A stretch of 64,000 bases of DNA from Candidatus Brocadiia bacterium. Lineage in GTDB: Bacteria > Planctomycetota > Brocadiia > CAIUPP01. Made by a program: the position numbers and the translations under genes. The DNA is taken from NCBI GenBank assembly GCA_050015075.1, contig JBEKCB010000002.1, positions 32,001-96,000 on the forward strand, given 5' to 3'. The notes beneath the pieces were generated by a model. That model saw only the letters and a program-made list of their open reading frames with translations. It did no database searches and was not told where the DNA came from. This document shows positions 36,685 through 45,710 of this stretch, piece after piece; the first letter of the stretch is position 1, and each line of letters begins with the position of its first letter.

Positions 36685-38433
36685 ATGTATAAGCTCCTGA
36701 TCGCATTTCGATATCTCAGGCGGAACTGGCTCAACCTCGTCGGCACCCTCGCGGTGGCGCTGGCGGTCATGGCGCCGATCTGCGTCCTCTCGGTCATGAA
36801 GGGGTTCGACCAGGAATTCCGCTCCCGCATCCGCGCCACGCTCTCGGACCTGATCGTCGAGCGGCGCACGGACGATCCCTTCGCCGGCTACGAAGCGATG
36901 ATCGCCCGAATCGAGAAAATCCCCCACGTCGTCGCCTGCGCGCCGCAATACGACGGGCTGGGTCTGCTCAAGCTGAAGCGGCAGTCGCGCTACGTGGAGT
37001 TCCACGGCGTGGACCTTGCCAGCGAGAACAAGGCGACCGACTTCGCCGAGTTCTGGCGGATGTGGCGCGGGCGGCAGGCACGCCTGGACCTGGCCGCACT
37101 GGCCGCGCAGGGCTCCGGGCTGGCCGGCGAGCCGAAGCCGGTGATCACCGGACTGCTCTCGTCCATGCGCCACGATGATTTTTCCCTTCTCGAATCCGCC
37201 GACCGCGACGCGGCCAGGTCCTGGGCGGAACGCAACCACGTGGACCTCGAAGCCGCGCTGCACACGGGCGATGCCGCCATGCCGGAATGGGGCCCATCGG
37301 CCGACCCGAAATATTCTCCGGCCTTTCCCGGCGAAGAACTCGTCGTGCTGGGGAAATACCCGGACGGCCGCGAGGCCTCGCTGGACCTCGGCGACGAGGT
37401 CACGCTGATCGCGGCGTCGGACGTGTTCGAGCGCACCTTCCGGCGCTGCCGGATCGTGGGCAAGTTCCGCTCGGGCATGTCCGAATACGACACGCGCAAC
37501 ATCTATCTCCCGCTGACCGACGTTCAGGACTTCATGCAGCAGCCGGACAAGGTGACGAGCATCAACATCCGCCTGGATTCCTTCGACCACGCGCTCGAAG
37601 TCCGCGCCGCACTCATGGGCATCCTCACGCCCGAAGAAATGGCCGCCGGCCTCGACCTTGTTCGCCCGCTGCTGCGGAAGCAGAACCCCGCCGCGCTGAA
37701 CTCGCTCGACGAGGAGTTCCGCCGGCTCCGCGCGGACCTGCCCAAGTGGCTCGCCGACCGCAATCCGCTGGCGGTCGAGGTCTCGCAGGACATGACCGGG
37801 GAACTGGAGCGCGTCATCGCGGACGTCCTCCATGCTTCCGGCGACTCCGCGCCCAAGGCGACGCTCGAGCAGATGGTGGACTTCCAGAAGAAGGTCGTCG
37901 CGCGGGCGAGCGGCGCGATCGGCGAGGATTTCCGCGTGAGCACCTGGGAGGACAAGCGGCTGACGTTCCTCCGCGCCGTGGCGCTCGAGCGCCAGGTGAT
38001 GGGATTCATCCTCTTTTTCGTGGGCCTCATCGCCGGCTTCCTCATCCTCTCGCTCCTCCACACCACCGTCATCTCCAAGACGCGCGACATCGGCACCCTG
38101 AAGTCCATCGGCGGCAGCGTGCACGGCATCATGTCCATCTTCCTCCTCAACGGCCTGCTCATGGGCCTCATCGGGTCGGCCTTCGGGACCGCCGGCGGTT
38201 TTCTCATCACGCGGAACATTAACGCCATCGAGAGCTTCCTGGAGCGGATCGTGGGGTTCAGCCTGTTCCCGTCGGACATTTACTATCTCGACCGGATTCC
38301 CGTGGACCAGCATCCCTGGCCGAACATCCTGGTGATCTGCGTCCTGGCGGTGGCCGTGAGCCTGGGCGCCAGCATTCTGCCGGCCTGGAAGGCCGCGCGG
38401 ATGGACGCGGTGGAGGCGCTGCGGTATGAGTGA
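36685..38433 (+). CDS. Lipoprotein-releasing ABC transporter permease (LolC/E-like) with large periplasmic insertions
   Basis: 'IAFRYL', 'VLSVMKGF', 'GKFRSGMSEYD', 'KTRDIGTLKSIG', 'IYYLDRIP', 'PAWKAARMDAVEALRYE'. Confidence 0.85.
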   Translation: MYKLLIAFRYLRRNWLNLVGTLAVALAVMAPICVLSVMKGFDQEFRSRIRATLSDLIVERRTDDPFAGYEAMIARIEKIPHVVACAPQYDGLGLLKLKRQSRYVEFHGVDLASENKATDFAEFWRMWRGRQARLDLAALAAQGSGLAGEPKPVITGLLSSMRHDDFSLLESADRDAARSWAERNHVDLEAALHTGDAAMPEWGPSADPKYSPAFPGEELVVLGKYPDGREASLDLGDEVTLIAASDVFERTFRRCRIVGKFRSGMSEYDTRNIYLPLTDVQDFMQQPDKVTSINIRLDSFDHALEVRAALMGILTPEEMAAGLDLVRPLLRKQNPAALNSLDEEFRRLRADLPKWLADRNPLAVEVSQDMTGELERVIADVLHASGDSAPKATLEQMVDFQKKVVARASGAIGEDFRVSTWEDKRLTFLRAVALERQVMGFILFFVGLIAGFLILSLLHTTVISKTRDIGTLKSIGGSVHGIMSIFLLNGLLMGLIGSAFGTAGGFLITRNINAIESFLERIVGFSLFPSDIYYLDRIPVDQHPWPNILVICVLAVAVSLGASILPAWKAARMDAVEALRYE

Positions 38434-39118
38434 TTTCCTGGCCGCGCGCGACCTGGTCAAGGAGTACGTGCAGGGCGACGAGAAGCTGCGCGTGCTGCGC
38501 GGCGTCTCGCTGAACGTGCGCGAGGGCGAGTTCCTCGTCATCGTCGGCGCCTCGGGCGCCGGCAAGAGCACGCTGCTGCATCTGCTCGGCCTGCTCGACT
38601 CGCCGACCGCCGGCGAGGTGCTGTTCGAGGGGAAGAGCCTGACGCGACTCTCCGGCCTGCAGCAGGCGCGGCTGCGGAACACGCTCTTCGGGTTCGTCTT
38701 TCAGTTCTTCCACCTGCTGCCGGACTTCAACGCGCTGGAGAACGTCATGATGCCCGCGTACGTGCGGTTCCGCACGCTCGAGTGGGCGCGGCGCCGGCGG
38801 GAGACGCGCGCGCGCGCCGCGGACCTGCTCGCGCGCGTCGGCCTGAAAGAGCGCCTCCGCCACCGCCCGAACCAGCTTTCGGGCGGCGAGCGCCAGCGCG
38901 TGGCCCTCTGCCGCGCCCTGATCAACCAGCCGCGCGTGCTGCTGCTCGACGAGCCCACCGGCAACCTGGACCGCAAGACCGGCGAGCAGATCCACCGGTT
39001 GATCCACGACATCAACCGCGCCGAGCGCCAGACCGTCGTCATGGTCACCCACGACGAGACCGCCGCGCAGGCCGCCGGAAGGCTCATCCGCATCCGCGAC
39101 GGCGAATTGACCGCCTGA
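38426..39118 (+). CDS. lolD: Lipoprotein-releasing ABC transporter ATPase
   Basis: GASGAGKST, 'GFVFQFFHLLPDFNALENV', LSGGERQR, 'DEPTGNLD'; coupled to the LolE-like gene. Confidence 0.88.
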   Translation: MSDFLAARDLVKEYVQGDEKLRVLRGVSLNVREGEFLVIVGASGAGKSTLLHLLGLLDSPTAGEVLFEGKSLTRLSGLQQARLRNTLFGFVFQFFHLLPDFNALENVMMPAYVRFRTLEWARRRRETRARAADLLARVGLKERLRHRPNQLSGGERQRVALCRALINQPRVLLLDEPTGNLDRKTGEQIHRLIHDINRAERQTVVMVTHDETAAQAAGRLIRIRDGELTA

Positions 39119-39130
39119 GCGGGGCAATTC

Positions 39131-39262
39131 TCCACCACGACGACACGACGATCACGACGAACCTCGCACAAGGAACATCAAACAAGGGAATTCTGTAACA
39201 GCAGTTCCGTCGTGATCGTTGTGTCGTCGTGGTGGAAGTTTACGTCGTGTCGTCGTGGTGAA
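39131..39262. repeat. Inverted tandem-repeat element (CACGACGA family), copy 1
   Basis: Arms 39131-39159 / 39208-39236 are complementary at 28 of 29 positions, with an extra partial arm after; homologous to 43894-44005. Confidence 0.85.
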
Positions 39263-39287
39263 GAAGTTGCGGCAATACGAGGTCAAC

Positions 39288-39328
39288 AAAAAAGACGCGG
39301 AGCGGACCGGTTTCCCGATCCGCTCCGC
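39288..39328 (-). terminator. Rho-independent terminator of the FKBP gene
   Basis: Minus strand gcggagcgga...tccgctccgc stem followed by a T-run. Confidence 0.7.
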
Positions 39329-39362
39329 CATCGTCCATCCACAGCGACCGGCTTGCGCCCGA

Positions 39363-40217
39363 TTACTTGGCCGGGGGCATGTCTGCCGGCTTCTCCTTGA
39401 TTGAGAGCACCTCGACCTCGAAGATCAGCACGGCGTTCGGCCCGATGACCGGAAACATGCCTTCTTCCTTGTAGCCGAGGTCCGCCGGAATGTAGATCAT
39501 CCATTTCGAGCCGGCCTTCATCAGCTTCAGCGCGTCGGTCATGCCCGGGATGAACGAGCCGTCGAGCGCAACCTGCAGCGGCTTGCCGTGCTTGACGGAA
39601 CTGTCGAACTCCGTGCCGTCAATGAATGTGCCGCGATAGTTCAACGTCACGATGTCGGTCGGCCCGGGCAGCTTGCCCTCGCCTTCCTTGAGCACCTCGT
39701 ACTGCAACCCGCTCGGCAGCGTAACGACGCCCTTTTTCTTCTTGTTCTCCGCGAGGAACTTGGGCCCTTCCACCTTGTTCTTCTCGCCCATTTCCTTCAT
39801 GCGCGCGGTCATTTCCTTCATGCGCTCCTGCCGTTTCGCCTCCACCTCGGCCTTCATCTTCTCGAGCGCTCCCTGGACTTCCTCATCGGTGAGCGCCAGC
39901 TTGCGGCCGGCCACCGAGTCGCGCATGCCCTGGAACAGGCTCTCCATGTCCAGGTCCAGATTGACGTTCTTCAACTGGATGCCCCAGGACGCGCCGATGG
40001 AGTAGCTGATCTTTTCCTTATCGGTCTTCAGCGTGACAGGCGCCGGACTCTCGGTCGTCGCCGCAGCAGCAGCCGTCGTCGCCGGAGCGGGCGCCGCCTC
40101 GGCGGGAGTCGTTGCCGCCGGAGCGGCCTTTTCGGTCGCCGGCGCCTCGTCCGCCGCGTACATCGGGACAGACGCCGCCAGCGTCAATGCACAGAGCAAG
40201 CCGTACAACTTCTTCAT
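39363..40217 (-). CDS. FKBP-type peptidyl-prolyl isomerase (FkpA/Mip-like)
   Basis: Signal peptide, 'KISYSIG', 'SGLQYEVL', 'YRGTFIDGTEFDSS', 'IGPNAVLIFEVE'. Confidence 0.92.
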   Translation of the reverse strand: MKKLYGLLCALTLAASVPMYAADEAPATEKAAPAATTPAEAAPAPATTAAAAATTESPAPVTLKTDKEKISYSIGASWGIQLKNVNLDLDMESLFQGMRDSVAGRKLALTDEEVQGALEKMKAEVEAKRQERMKEMTARMKEMGEKNKVEGPKFLAENKKKKGVVTLPSGLQYEVLKEGEGKLPGPTDIVTLNYRGTFIDGTEFDSSVKHGKPLQVALDGSFIPGMTDALKLMKAGSKWMIYIPADLGYKEEGMFPVIGPNAVLIFEVEVLSIKEKPADMPPAK

Positions 40218-40342
40218 GGCCTTCCACCTTCTGGATTAAGACTGAGGGACCGGGTCTCGTGCGCCGTCTCAACGCTCGGCGCATCCCGCGAGACATAGAC
40301 CTTTATTATAGGCCCCCCGGCCGCAAAGCGCAACCGGCGCGA

Positions 40343-40507
40343 GGCGTGTATCGTTCCAGAAATAATCTGCATAAGTTCAGCACGCGTCACCCTGAGCGCA
40401 GCGAAGGGTCTCATACCACAAACCGCTGCCCGCGCGCTGGGTATGAGATTCCTCGCTCCGCTCGGAATGACCGCCTATTGCGCAACTTATTTCTGAAACG
40501 CCACACC
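40343..40507. repeat. REP-like palindrome (CTGAGCGCAGCGAAG family) nested in an outer MITE-like inverted repeat
   Basis: Inner arms 40386-40417 / 40440-40471; outer arms gtgtatcgttccagaaataatctgca / tgcgcaacttatttctgaaacgccacac. Confidence 0.8.
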
Positions 40508-40513
40508 AGGCGT

Positions 40514-41755
40514 TCAGCGATACACACCGAACTCGCCGGCCGCGGCGAACAGCGCCTCCACATTCTCCACCGGCACGTCCTGCTGGATATTGTGGACCTG
40601 CGTGAAGACGAAGCCGCCGCCGGGCGCGAAGATTTCCATGTTGCGGCGGACGTGCTCGCGCACCTGGGCGGGCGTGCCGAGCGGCAGCACCTTCTGCGTG
40701 TCGCAGCCGCCGCCCCAGAAGACGATCTTCCCGCCGAACTCGCGCTTCAGGCGCGCCGGCTCCATGTTCGCGGCGGAAATCTGCACCGGGTTCAGGATGT
40801 CCACCCCCGCCTCGATCCAATGCGGGATGTAATGATAGATCGAGCCGCAGGAATGCAGGAAGGTCTTCCATTTCGTGTTCGCGTGGACCCAGCCGCAGAC
40901 GCGCCGGTAGTGCGGCAGGATCATCTCGACGAACAGCTCCGGCCGGAGGAGTTCGCCGCGCTGCGTGCCGCCGTCGTCCGAGGCGATGCCCCAGGCGAAC
41001 GCGCGGTCCCCGACGGCCTGGTGGTAGAGCTTCAGGCACGAGATCGCCGCGTCCACCGCGCGGCCCATCATCTCATTCGCGGCCTCCTTCTCCGCCATGA
41101 GCATGCAGAGCCAGTCGTCGAGCGAGCCCTGCGTGATGTTGTCCGCCAGCAGCCAGCTCATCCCGAACACGCTGATCGCGGCGCCCCAGCCGAGGATCGC
41201 CTTGTCGGTATTCTCATACAGGTCGCGCGCCCGCTGCTCGGTCAGCCGCAGGTCCTCGTCCGGCACCGTGTGGCTCGGCTGGAACAAACTGGGATCAATG
41301 CGTTTGCCGCTCATCGTCGTGCGGATGAAATCGAAATAGAACCCGTCCTTCGGCATGCGCGCATAAGGCGTCCCGTCCGCGCGCCGCAGCGTCCATGAGC
41401 CGTCCGCCTCCACCGCGAGGTTCGTCCGCGGCGGAAAGAACACCGTCGTCCCTTCGAAGAGCCGCCGCTCCAGTCCCTCGTTCGCGTCCTGCCGCGCCCA
41501 GCGCGCCGTGGCCGCCTCGAGCGGCACGACGTCCACGCGCAGCCGGTCGAGCACCGCCGGCTCGACCTCGGCCTGGACCTGCATCACGTCGTGGATCTTC
41601 GTCGGCGTCGCGATGCCCATCCGCCGTTTCAGCCGGTCGTAGACCGCCGCGTTGATCCCCGAAGCGCGCGTCCCGCCCAGGTCAATCGGCACACGGTCCG
41701 CCTCGCGGAAATTCACCGCCGCCAGCACCCGCTCGCGGGAAGTCATCGTCGGCAT
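40514..41755 (-). CDS. Uroporphyrinogen decarboxylase-family (MtaA/CmuA-like) protein
   Basis: 'MTSRERVLAAVNFREADRVPIDLG', 'SDDGGTQ', 'FLHSCG', 'FWGGGCDTQ', 'HNIQ'. Confidence 0.85.
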   Translation of the reverse strand: MPTMTSRERVLAAVNFREADRVPIDLGGTRASGINAAVYDRLKRRMGIATPTKIHDVMQVQAEVEPAVLDRLRVDVVPLEAATARWARQDANEGLERRLFEGTTVFFPPRTNLAVEADGSWTLRRADGTPYARMPKDGFYFDFIRTTMSGKRIDPSLFQPSHTVPDEDLRLTEQRARDLYENTDKAILGWGAAISVFGMSWLLADNITQGSLDDWLCMLMAEKEAANEMMGRAVDAAISCLKLYHQAVGDRAFAWGIASDDGGTQRGELLRPELFVEMILPHYRRVCGWVHANTKWKTFLHSCGSIYHYIPHWIEAGVDILNPVQISAANMEPARLKREFGGKIVFWGGGCDTQKVLPLGTPAQVREHVRRNMEIFAPGGGFVFTQVHNIQQDVPVENVEALFAAAGEFGVYR

Positions 41756-41766
41756 CCTCGGCTCCG

Positions 41767-41801
41767 CCAATTTCCAGATCCGAATTTCCAATATCCAGTT
41801 A
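41767..41801. repeat. Single arm of the 7-bp AATTTCC element
   Basis: caatttccagatccgaatttccaatatccagttag is nearly identical to the reverse complement of the right arm of the 12828-12909 element. Confidence 0.75.
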
Positions 41802-41808
41802 GTGCAGG

Positions 41809-42777
41809 TTATTTCTTCACGCACAGCCGGTACAGATTCGGGATCGTGACGGCGTGGTCGCCGCGGAAGTAGTAGCTTTGGCCGCCGTCGGCGACGGTGC
41901 GGACCAGGATGGTCTTCCACGGGCGATAGTACAGGTGCCGGTCATGGCGCGGCATGGCGGTGCGGAAGTCCTCCGGCACGTCCTGCACGTCGAAGACGGC
42001 GGTGGTGAACCGCCGGATGGCGCGGCGCTGCTGGCGCGCGACGTTCCGCGCCATCGAGAGCGCCTTGAGATACACTTCCGGCCCCATGACGGCGGTGCCG
42101 ATGTTGAGGAACACACCGCCTTCGAGCCCCTCGATCGCCCGCGCGAAGGTCAGGAAGTCGCGGTACGAGGCCTTGCCGATCACGGCGCCGTCGCAGCGCG
42201 GGTCCTCGTGGATGATGTCGTAGCCGATGCCGACGTGCACGGTGACCGGCACGCGCAGGCGGTAGCCGGCGGCGAAGAGGCTGATGTCGCGGTGCGGGAA
42301 TTTCCCCTTTTCGATGGCGCGGCCGACCGCCTGGCCCATGCCGAGCCCGTCGCGGACGCCTCGGCGGAACGCGTCGTGCAGCAGCCCGGTCTCGCGCCAC
42401 AGGCCGAACTGGCCCTGCCGGATGTAATCCGCCACGCTCTCGGAGGTCGCGCCGATCATCGCGAACTCGAAGTCGTGCACGGCGCACGCGCCGTTGGCGG
42501 CGACGTGCGTGACCAGGCCGCGCTCCATCATCTCGATGAGGAACCGCGCGCAGCCGCGCTTGATCACGTGCGCGCCGATCATGAGGATGACCGGCCGCTT
42601 CTTCTTCCGCGCCGCGACCATGCGCTGCGCGAGCGTGGCGAAGTCCGGCGGCGCGAACGGCTCGACCGAGGCGTCGAGCGGGAGAATGTCGCGCAGCGTC
42701 AGCGCGTGCTTCCGCTCGGCGAGCGGCCTGAGCTTCAGGCGCGAACGGTCGAAAATCGGATAGGGTTTATCGGCCAT
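41809..42777 (-). CDS. Conserved hypothetical protein, possibly deoxyhypusine-synthase-like fold
   Basis: 'ILMIGAHVIKRG', 'HDFEFA..G.TSE', 'PVTVHVGIGYDIIH', 'NIGTAV.GPEV'. Family recognised only loosely. Confidence 0.55.
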   Translation of the reverse strand: MADKPYPIFDRSRLKLRPLAERKHALTLRDILPLDASVEPFAPPDFATLAQRMVAARKKKRPVILMIGAHVIKRGCARFLIEMMERGLVTHVAANGACAVHDFEFAMIGATSESVADYIRQGQFGLWRETGLLHDAFRRGVRDGLGMGQAVGRAIEKGKFPHRDISLFAAGYRLRVPVTVHVGIGYDIIHEDPRCDGAVIGKASYRDFLTFARAIEGLEGGVFLNIGTAVMGPEVYLKALSMARNVARQQRRAIRRFTTAVFDVQDVPEDFRTAMPRHDRHLYYRPWKTILVRTVADGGQSYYFRGDHAVTIPNLYRLCVKK

Positions 42778-42887
42778 GGCCGCGGCTCCAATTGAGGCAA
42801 ACTTCCCGGATTTCCGGCCCAGATGCTAACGCAACCGCTTTTCGGGCGCAAGCGTTGAAAAAAAGTGCGAAGCGCGGCGCATTCGAA

Positions 42888-42972
42888 GTCATTCTGAGCG
42901 CAGCGAAGAATCTCATACCCTGCACCGCTTCAGGCCGCTGCGTGTGAGATGCTTCGCTGCGTTCAGCATGAC
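42888..42972. repeat. REP-like palindrome (GTCATTCTGAGCGCAGCGAAGAATCT family)
   Basis: Arms 42888-42915 / 42945-42972. Confidence 0.85.
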
Positions 42973-42999
42973 AAACCATTCGCACTCCGACATTCTTCC

Positions 43000-43028
43000 T
43001 TGACGCCGCCGGGCGCGGAGGCTAGTAT
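43000..43028 (+). promoter_or_regulatory. Sigma70-like promoter for the DhnA-family aldolase
   Basis: TTGACG-17 bp-TAGTAT. Confidence 0.5.
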
Positions 43029-43075
43029 CGGCCGTGATGCGTCGGCGCAATGAGCCCTGTTTCAGGAGGCCGGAA

Positions 43076-43882
43076 ATGCTCGGGAAAGGAATTCGGCTCG
43101 AACGGATTCTCAATCGCGAATCGGGCAGGACGGTGATCGTGCCGATGGACCATGGCGTGACGGTCGGGCCGATCCCGGGGATCGAGGACATGCGCGAGAT
43201 GGTCAACGCGATGGCCGACGGCGGCGCGAATGCCGTGCTCGGGCACATGGGCCTGCCGCTGTACGGGCATCGCCGGTACGGCAAGGACATCGGGCTGATC
43301 CTGCATCTTTCCGGGAGCACGGTCTGGAGCCCGGACCCGAACGCGAAGGTGCTGGTGAACACGGTGGAGAACGCGCTGCGGAACGGGGCGGACGCCGTGA
43401 GCGTTCACGTGAACATCGGCGCGCTGAACGAGGCGGACATGCTGCGCGACCTCGGCACGGTCTCGGTGCAGTGCATGGAGTGGGGCCTGCCGCTGCTGGC
43501 GATGATGTACACGCGCGGGCCGAAGTTCAAGTCGGAGACGAGCCTCGAGGGCATCCGGCACGCGGCGCGGATCGCCGCCGAGGTGGGCGCGGACCTGGTG
43601 AAGGTGAGCTATACCGGCTCGAAGGAGAGCTTCGCCAAAGTGATCGCCGGCTGCCCGATCCCGGTGCTGATCGCCGGCGGCGAGAAGGACTCGAACGACC
43701 GCAACATCCTGCAGATCGTCCGCGATTCGCTCGACGCGGGCGCGTCGGGGGTTTCCATCGGGCGGAACGCCTTCCAGCACAAGCACCCGGAGCGGTTCGT
43801 GCGGGCGGTCTGCGCCATGGTGCATCAGAACGCGACCGTCCGCGACGGGCTGGACATTCTGGCCCTGGCCGGGCAAAGTTGA
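43076..43882 (+). CDS. DhnA-family class I aldolase (2-amino-3,7-dideoxy-D-threo-hept-6-ulosonate synthase / FBP aldolase-like)
   Basis: 'GKGIRLERI', 'VPMDHG..GP..G', 'GADAVSVHVN', 'GADLVK', 'AGG', 'GRNAFQ'. Confidence 0.88.
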   Translation: MLGKGIRLERILNRESGRTVIVPMDHGVTVGPIPGIEDMREMVNAMADGGANAVLGHMGLPLYGHRRYGKDIGLILHLSGSTVWSPDPNAKVLVNTVENALRNGADAVSVHVNIGALNEADMLRDLGTVSVQCMEWGLPLLAMMYTRGPKFKSETSLEGIRHAARIAAEVGADLVKVSYTGSKESFAKVIAGCPIPVLIAGGEKDSNDRNILQIVRDSLDAGASGVSIGRNAFQHKHPERFVRAVCAMVHQNATVRDGLDILALAGQS

Positions 43883-43893
43883 AAACATTCTGC

Positions 43894-44005
43894 TTCACCA
43901 CGACGACGCGAGGGCCACGACGAACATCAACAGACAGCATTCCGTAACAGCAGTTCCGTCGTGCCCGCCGTGTCGTCGTGGTGAAAGTTTACGTCGTAGT
44001 GGTGG
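43894..44005. repeat. Inverted tandem-repeat element (CACGACGA family), copy 2
   Basis: Arms 43894-43922 / 43957-43985; shares spacer gtaacagcagttc and tail aagtttacgtcgt with the 39131 copy. Confidence 0.85.
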
Positions 44006-44023
44006 ATGAGTTTTGCGGCGCGG

Positions 44024-44296
44024 TCAGGTGCCGCGGATTCTCTTCAGCGCCCACTGAGCGGAATTGCGGACGCTCAAATCCGGGTCCTTTTCGGCGATTA
44101 CGACGAGCGGCTCGATGGCGGTCGTGGCGACCGGTTTCATCTTGCCGAGCGACCAGGCCGCGGATCGGCGGCGGTCCGGCAAAGGGTCTTTCAAGTCAGT
44201 GACGAGCTTCTCGATCTCTCTGTCGCGCGGCGACACCGAGCTTTTTTCCAAGCCCAGGGCCCGCACGAGCGACTTCCAGAAAGGCTCCGGCGCCAT
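44024..44296 (-). CDS. HEAT/PBS-lyase repeat protein
   Basis: 'LKDPLPDRRRSAAWSLG...AIEPL...DPDLSVRNSAQWAL'. Confidence 0.75.
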   Translation of the reverse strand: MAPEPFWKSLVRALGLEKSSVSPRDREIEKLVTDLKDPLPDRRRSAAWSLGKMKPVATTAIEPLVVIAEKDPDLSVRNSAQWALKRIRGT

Positions 44297-44390
44297 CCTT
44301 GTACCTCGTCCGTTGAAGAACCTGCTGCCCTGCCCCGCCCCGCCGAACGCTCCGGCATGGCGTATAGTTTAAGCCGGCTTCGCCGCGATT

Positions 44391-45554
44391 TCAAGTCCCC
44401 CGTTTCTGCGCCGGCACCGTCCGGATCGGAGGCTTGCCGTCCGCCGGGTTCGGCTTGCCGGAGGCCGGTGCGCTCAGCGATTCGCCGAGCGCGGCTTCGT
44501 AGTCGGCGCCCATGTCCTCGCCGGAAATCATTTCGCCGCCGAGGATGCGCCTGCGGTGACCCTGGAAGATCGCGCGGAGGGCTCTTTCTTTCGCGCCACG
44601 CGGCCCGACGGCCGCCGACACCTCGGCGTCTATCGTCGCCTGAAGCGTTTTCTGCTCGGCGTAGGCATCGGCGAGCTGCTGCTTGGATTGATCCAGGTTG
44701 TCGTAAAAAGTTATCCCGTTCCCATTCCATTCCCACAGGAGATTGCCGTTGGCGTCTCTGCCGCTGGTCACCCTCGGCGCCTGGTTGGGCTGGTTGGGCT
44801 GGCTGGGCGGCACGGCGAGCATGTTGCCCGGGTTGGGCTGGTTTTGGTTGGGCTGGTTGGAAATGGACCTGTTGACTCTCTGCGCGACCTGTGCGCGCGC
44901 CGCTTCCTTCTTCGTGATCTCCGCCTGCACTTCCGTGATCTTCTTGCTCAGGGCGTCCACGTCGTCCTTATGCGCCGTGGTGATCGCGGCGGTCTTGGCG
45001 TTCCGCTGCGGTTCCACCCGGGCGAGCGCTTTCTTGCAAAGGGCGTCGCTGCGGGCGATGGCCGCGTCCTGTGCGCTGATCGCGTCCCGATCGTACGCGC
45101 TCACCAGTTCGCGGGTCCCTGAAAGATAGGTATCGGACGGGATAACCATGCCGTCCTTGAGCGGCCACGGCGCCGTCGTCCGCACGTAGTATTCTTTCAT
45201 CGCCTCGAACTCGTTCGGATCGAGCGGCTCCACCAGGAACGAGCGGAAAACGTTGCCCGAGTATTTCTGTCCGCCGATTGTCGCGGTCAGGATCGTGCCC
45301 TTGTCGAGCCGGTCAATCTCCACGGCCCCTTCCTCGGAGGGCGGCAGGAACGCTTTGACCTGCGCTCTCACGATCGCCCGGACCTGCTCGGCCACGTGCG
45401 GGGGCAGCAGGCCTTTCGGGAAAGCCGCCGCTGCGGGCGTGGCGGCTTCGGGCTCCGGCGCGGACTGCTGCGCCTGGAGCGGCGCACAAATCCACCCCGC
45501 CAGCGCCAGCAGACACCCGGCCAGCCCGGCGCGGAGTTCACGTTGCAGCTTCAT
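44391..45554 (-). CDS. Hypothetical exported protein with coiled coils and NQP repeats
   Basis: Signal peptide ending LQA-QQ, helical segments, and an NQPNQNQPNP low-complexity tract. Confidence 0.6.
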   Translation of the reverse strand: MKLQRELRAGLAGCLLALAGWICAPLQAQQSAPEPEAATPAAAAFPKGLLPPHVAEQVRAIVRAQVKAFLPPSEEGAVEIDRLDKGTILTATIGGQKYSGNVFRSFLVEPLDPNEFEAMKEYYVRTTAPWPLKDGMVIPSDTYLSGTRELVSAYDRDAISAQDAAIARSDALCKKALARVEPQRNAKTAAITTAHKDDVDALSKKITEVQAEITKKEAARAQVAQRVNRSISNQPNQNQPNPGNMLAVPPSQPNQPNQAPRVTSGRDANGNLLWEWNGNGITFYDNLDQSKQQLADAYAEQKTLQATIDAEVSAAVGPRGAKERALRAIFQGHRRRILGGEMISGEDMGADYEAALGESLSAPASGKPNPADGKPPIRTVPAQKRGT

Positions 45555-45710
45555 GCGATTCCCGTTTCTGAAAAACGCCCTTTTTCGCCGCTGGAACTCG
45601 AGCGGCACAGCGCCGCCGGAGCATCCGCCCGCCGCCCGACGGCGGGCCGCCGCCTTGACGCGACCCGAGAGCATTTGGCTTTGATCGTACCACAACACCA
45701 CGCGCCCATG

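Noticed and set aside
44780-44860. NQP-encoding 9-bp repeats
   Set aside because: This is a coding low-complexity linker with no inverted partner, unrelated to the intergenic element families.
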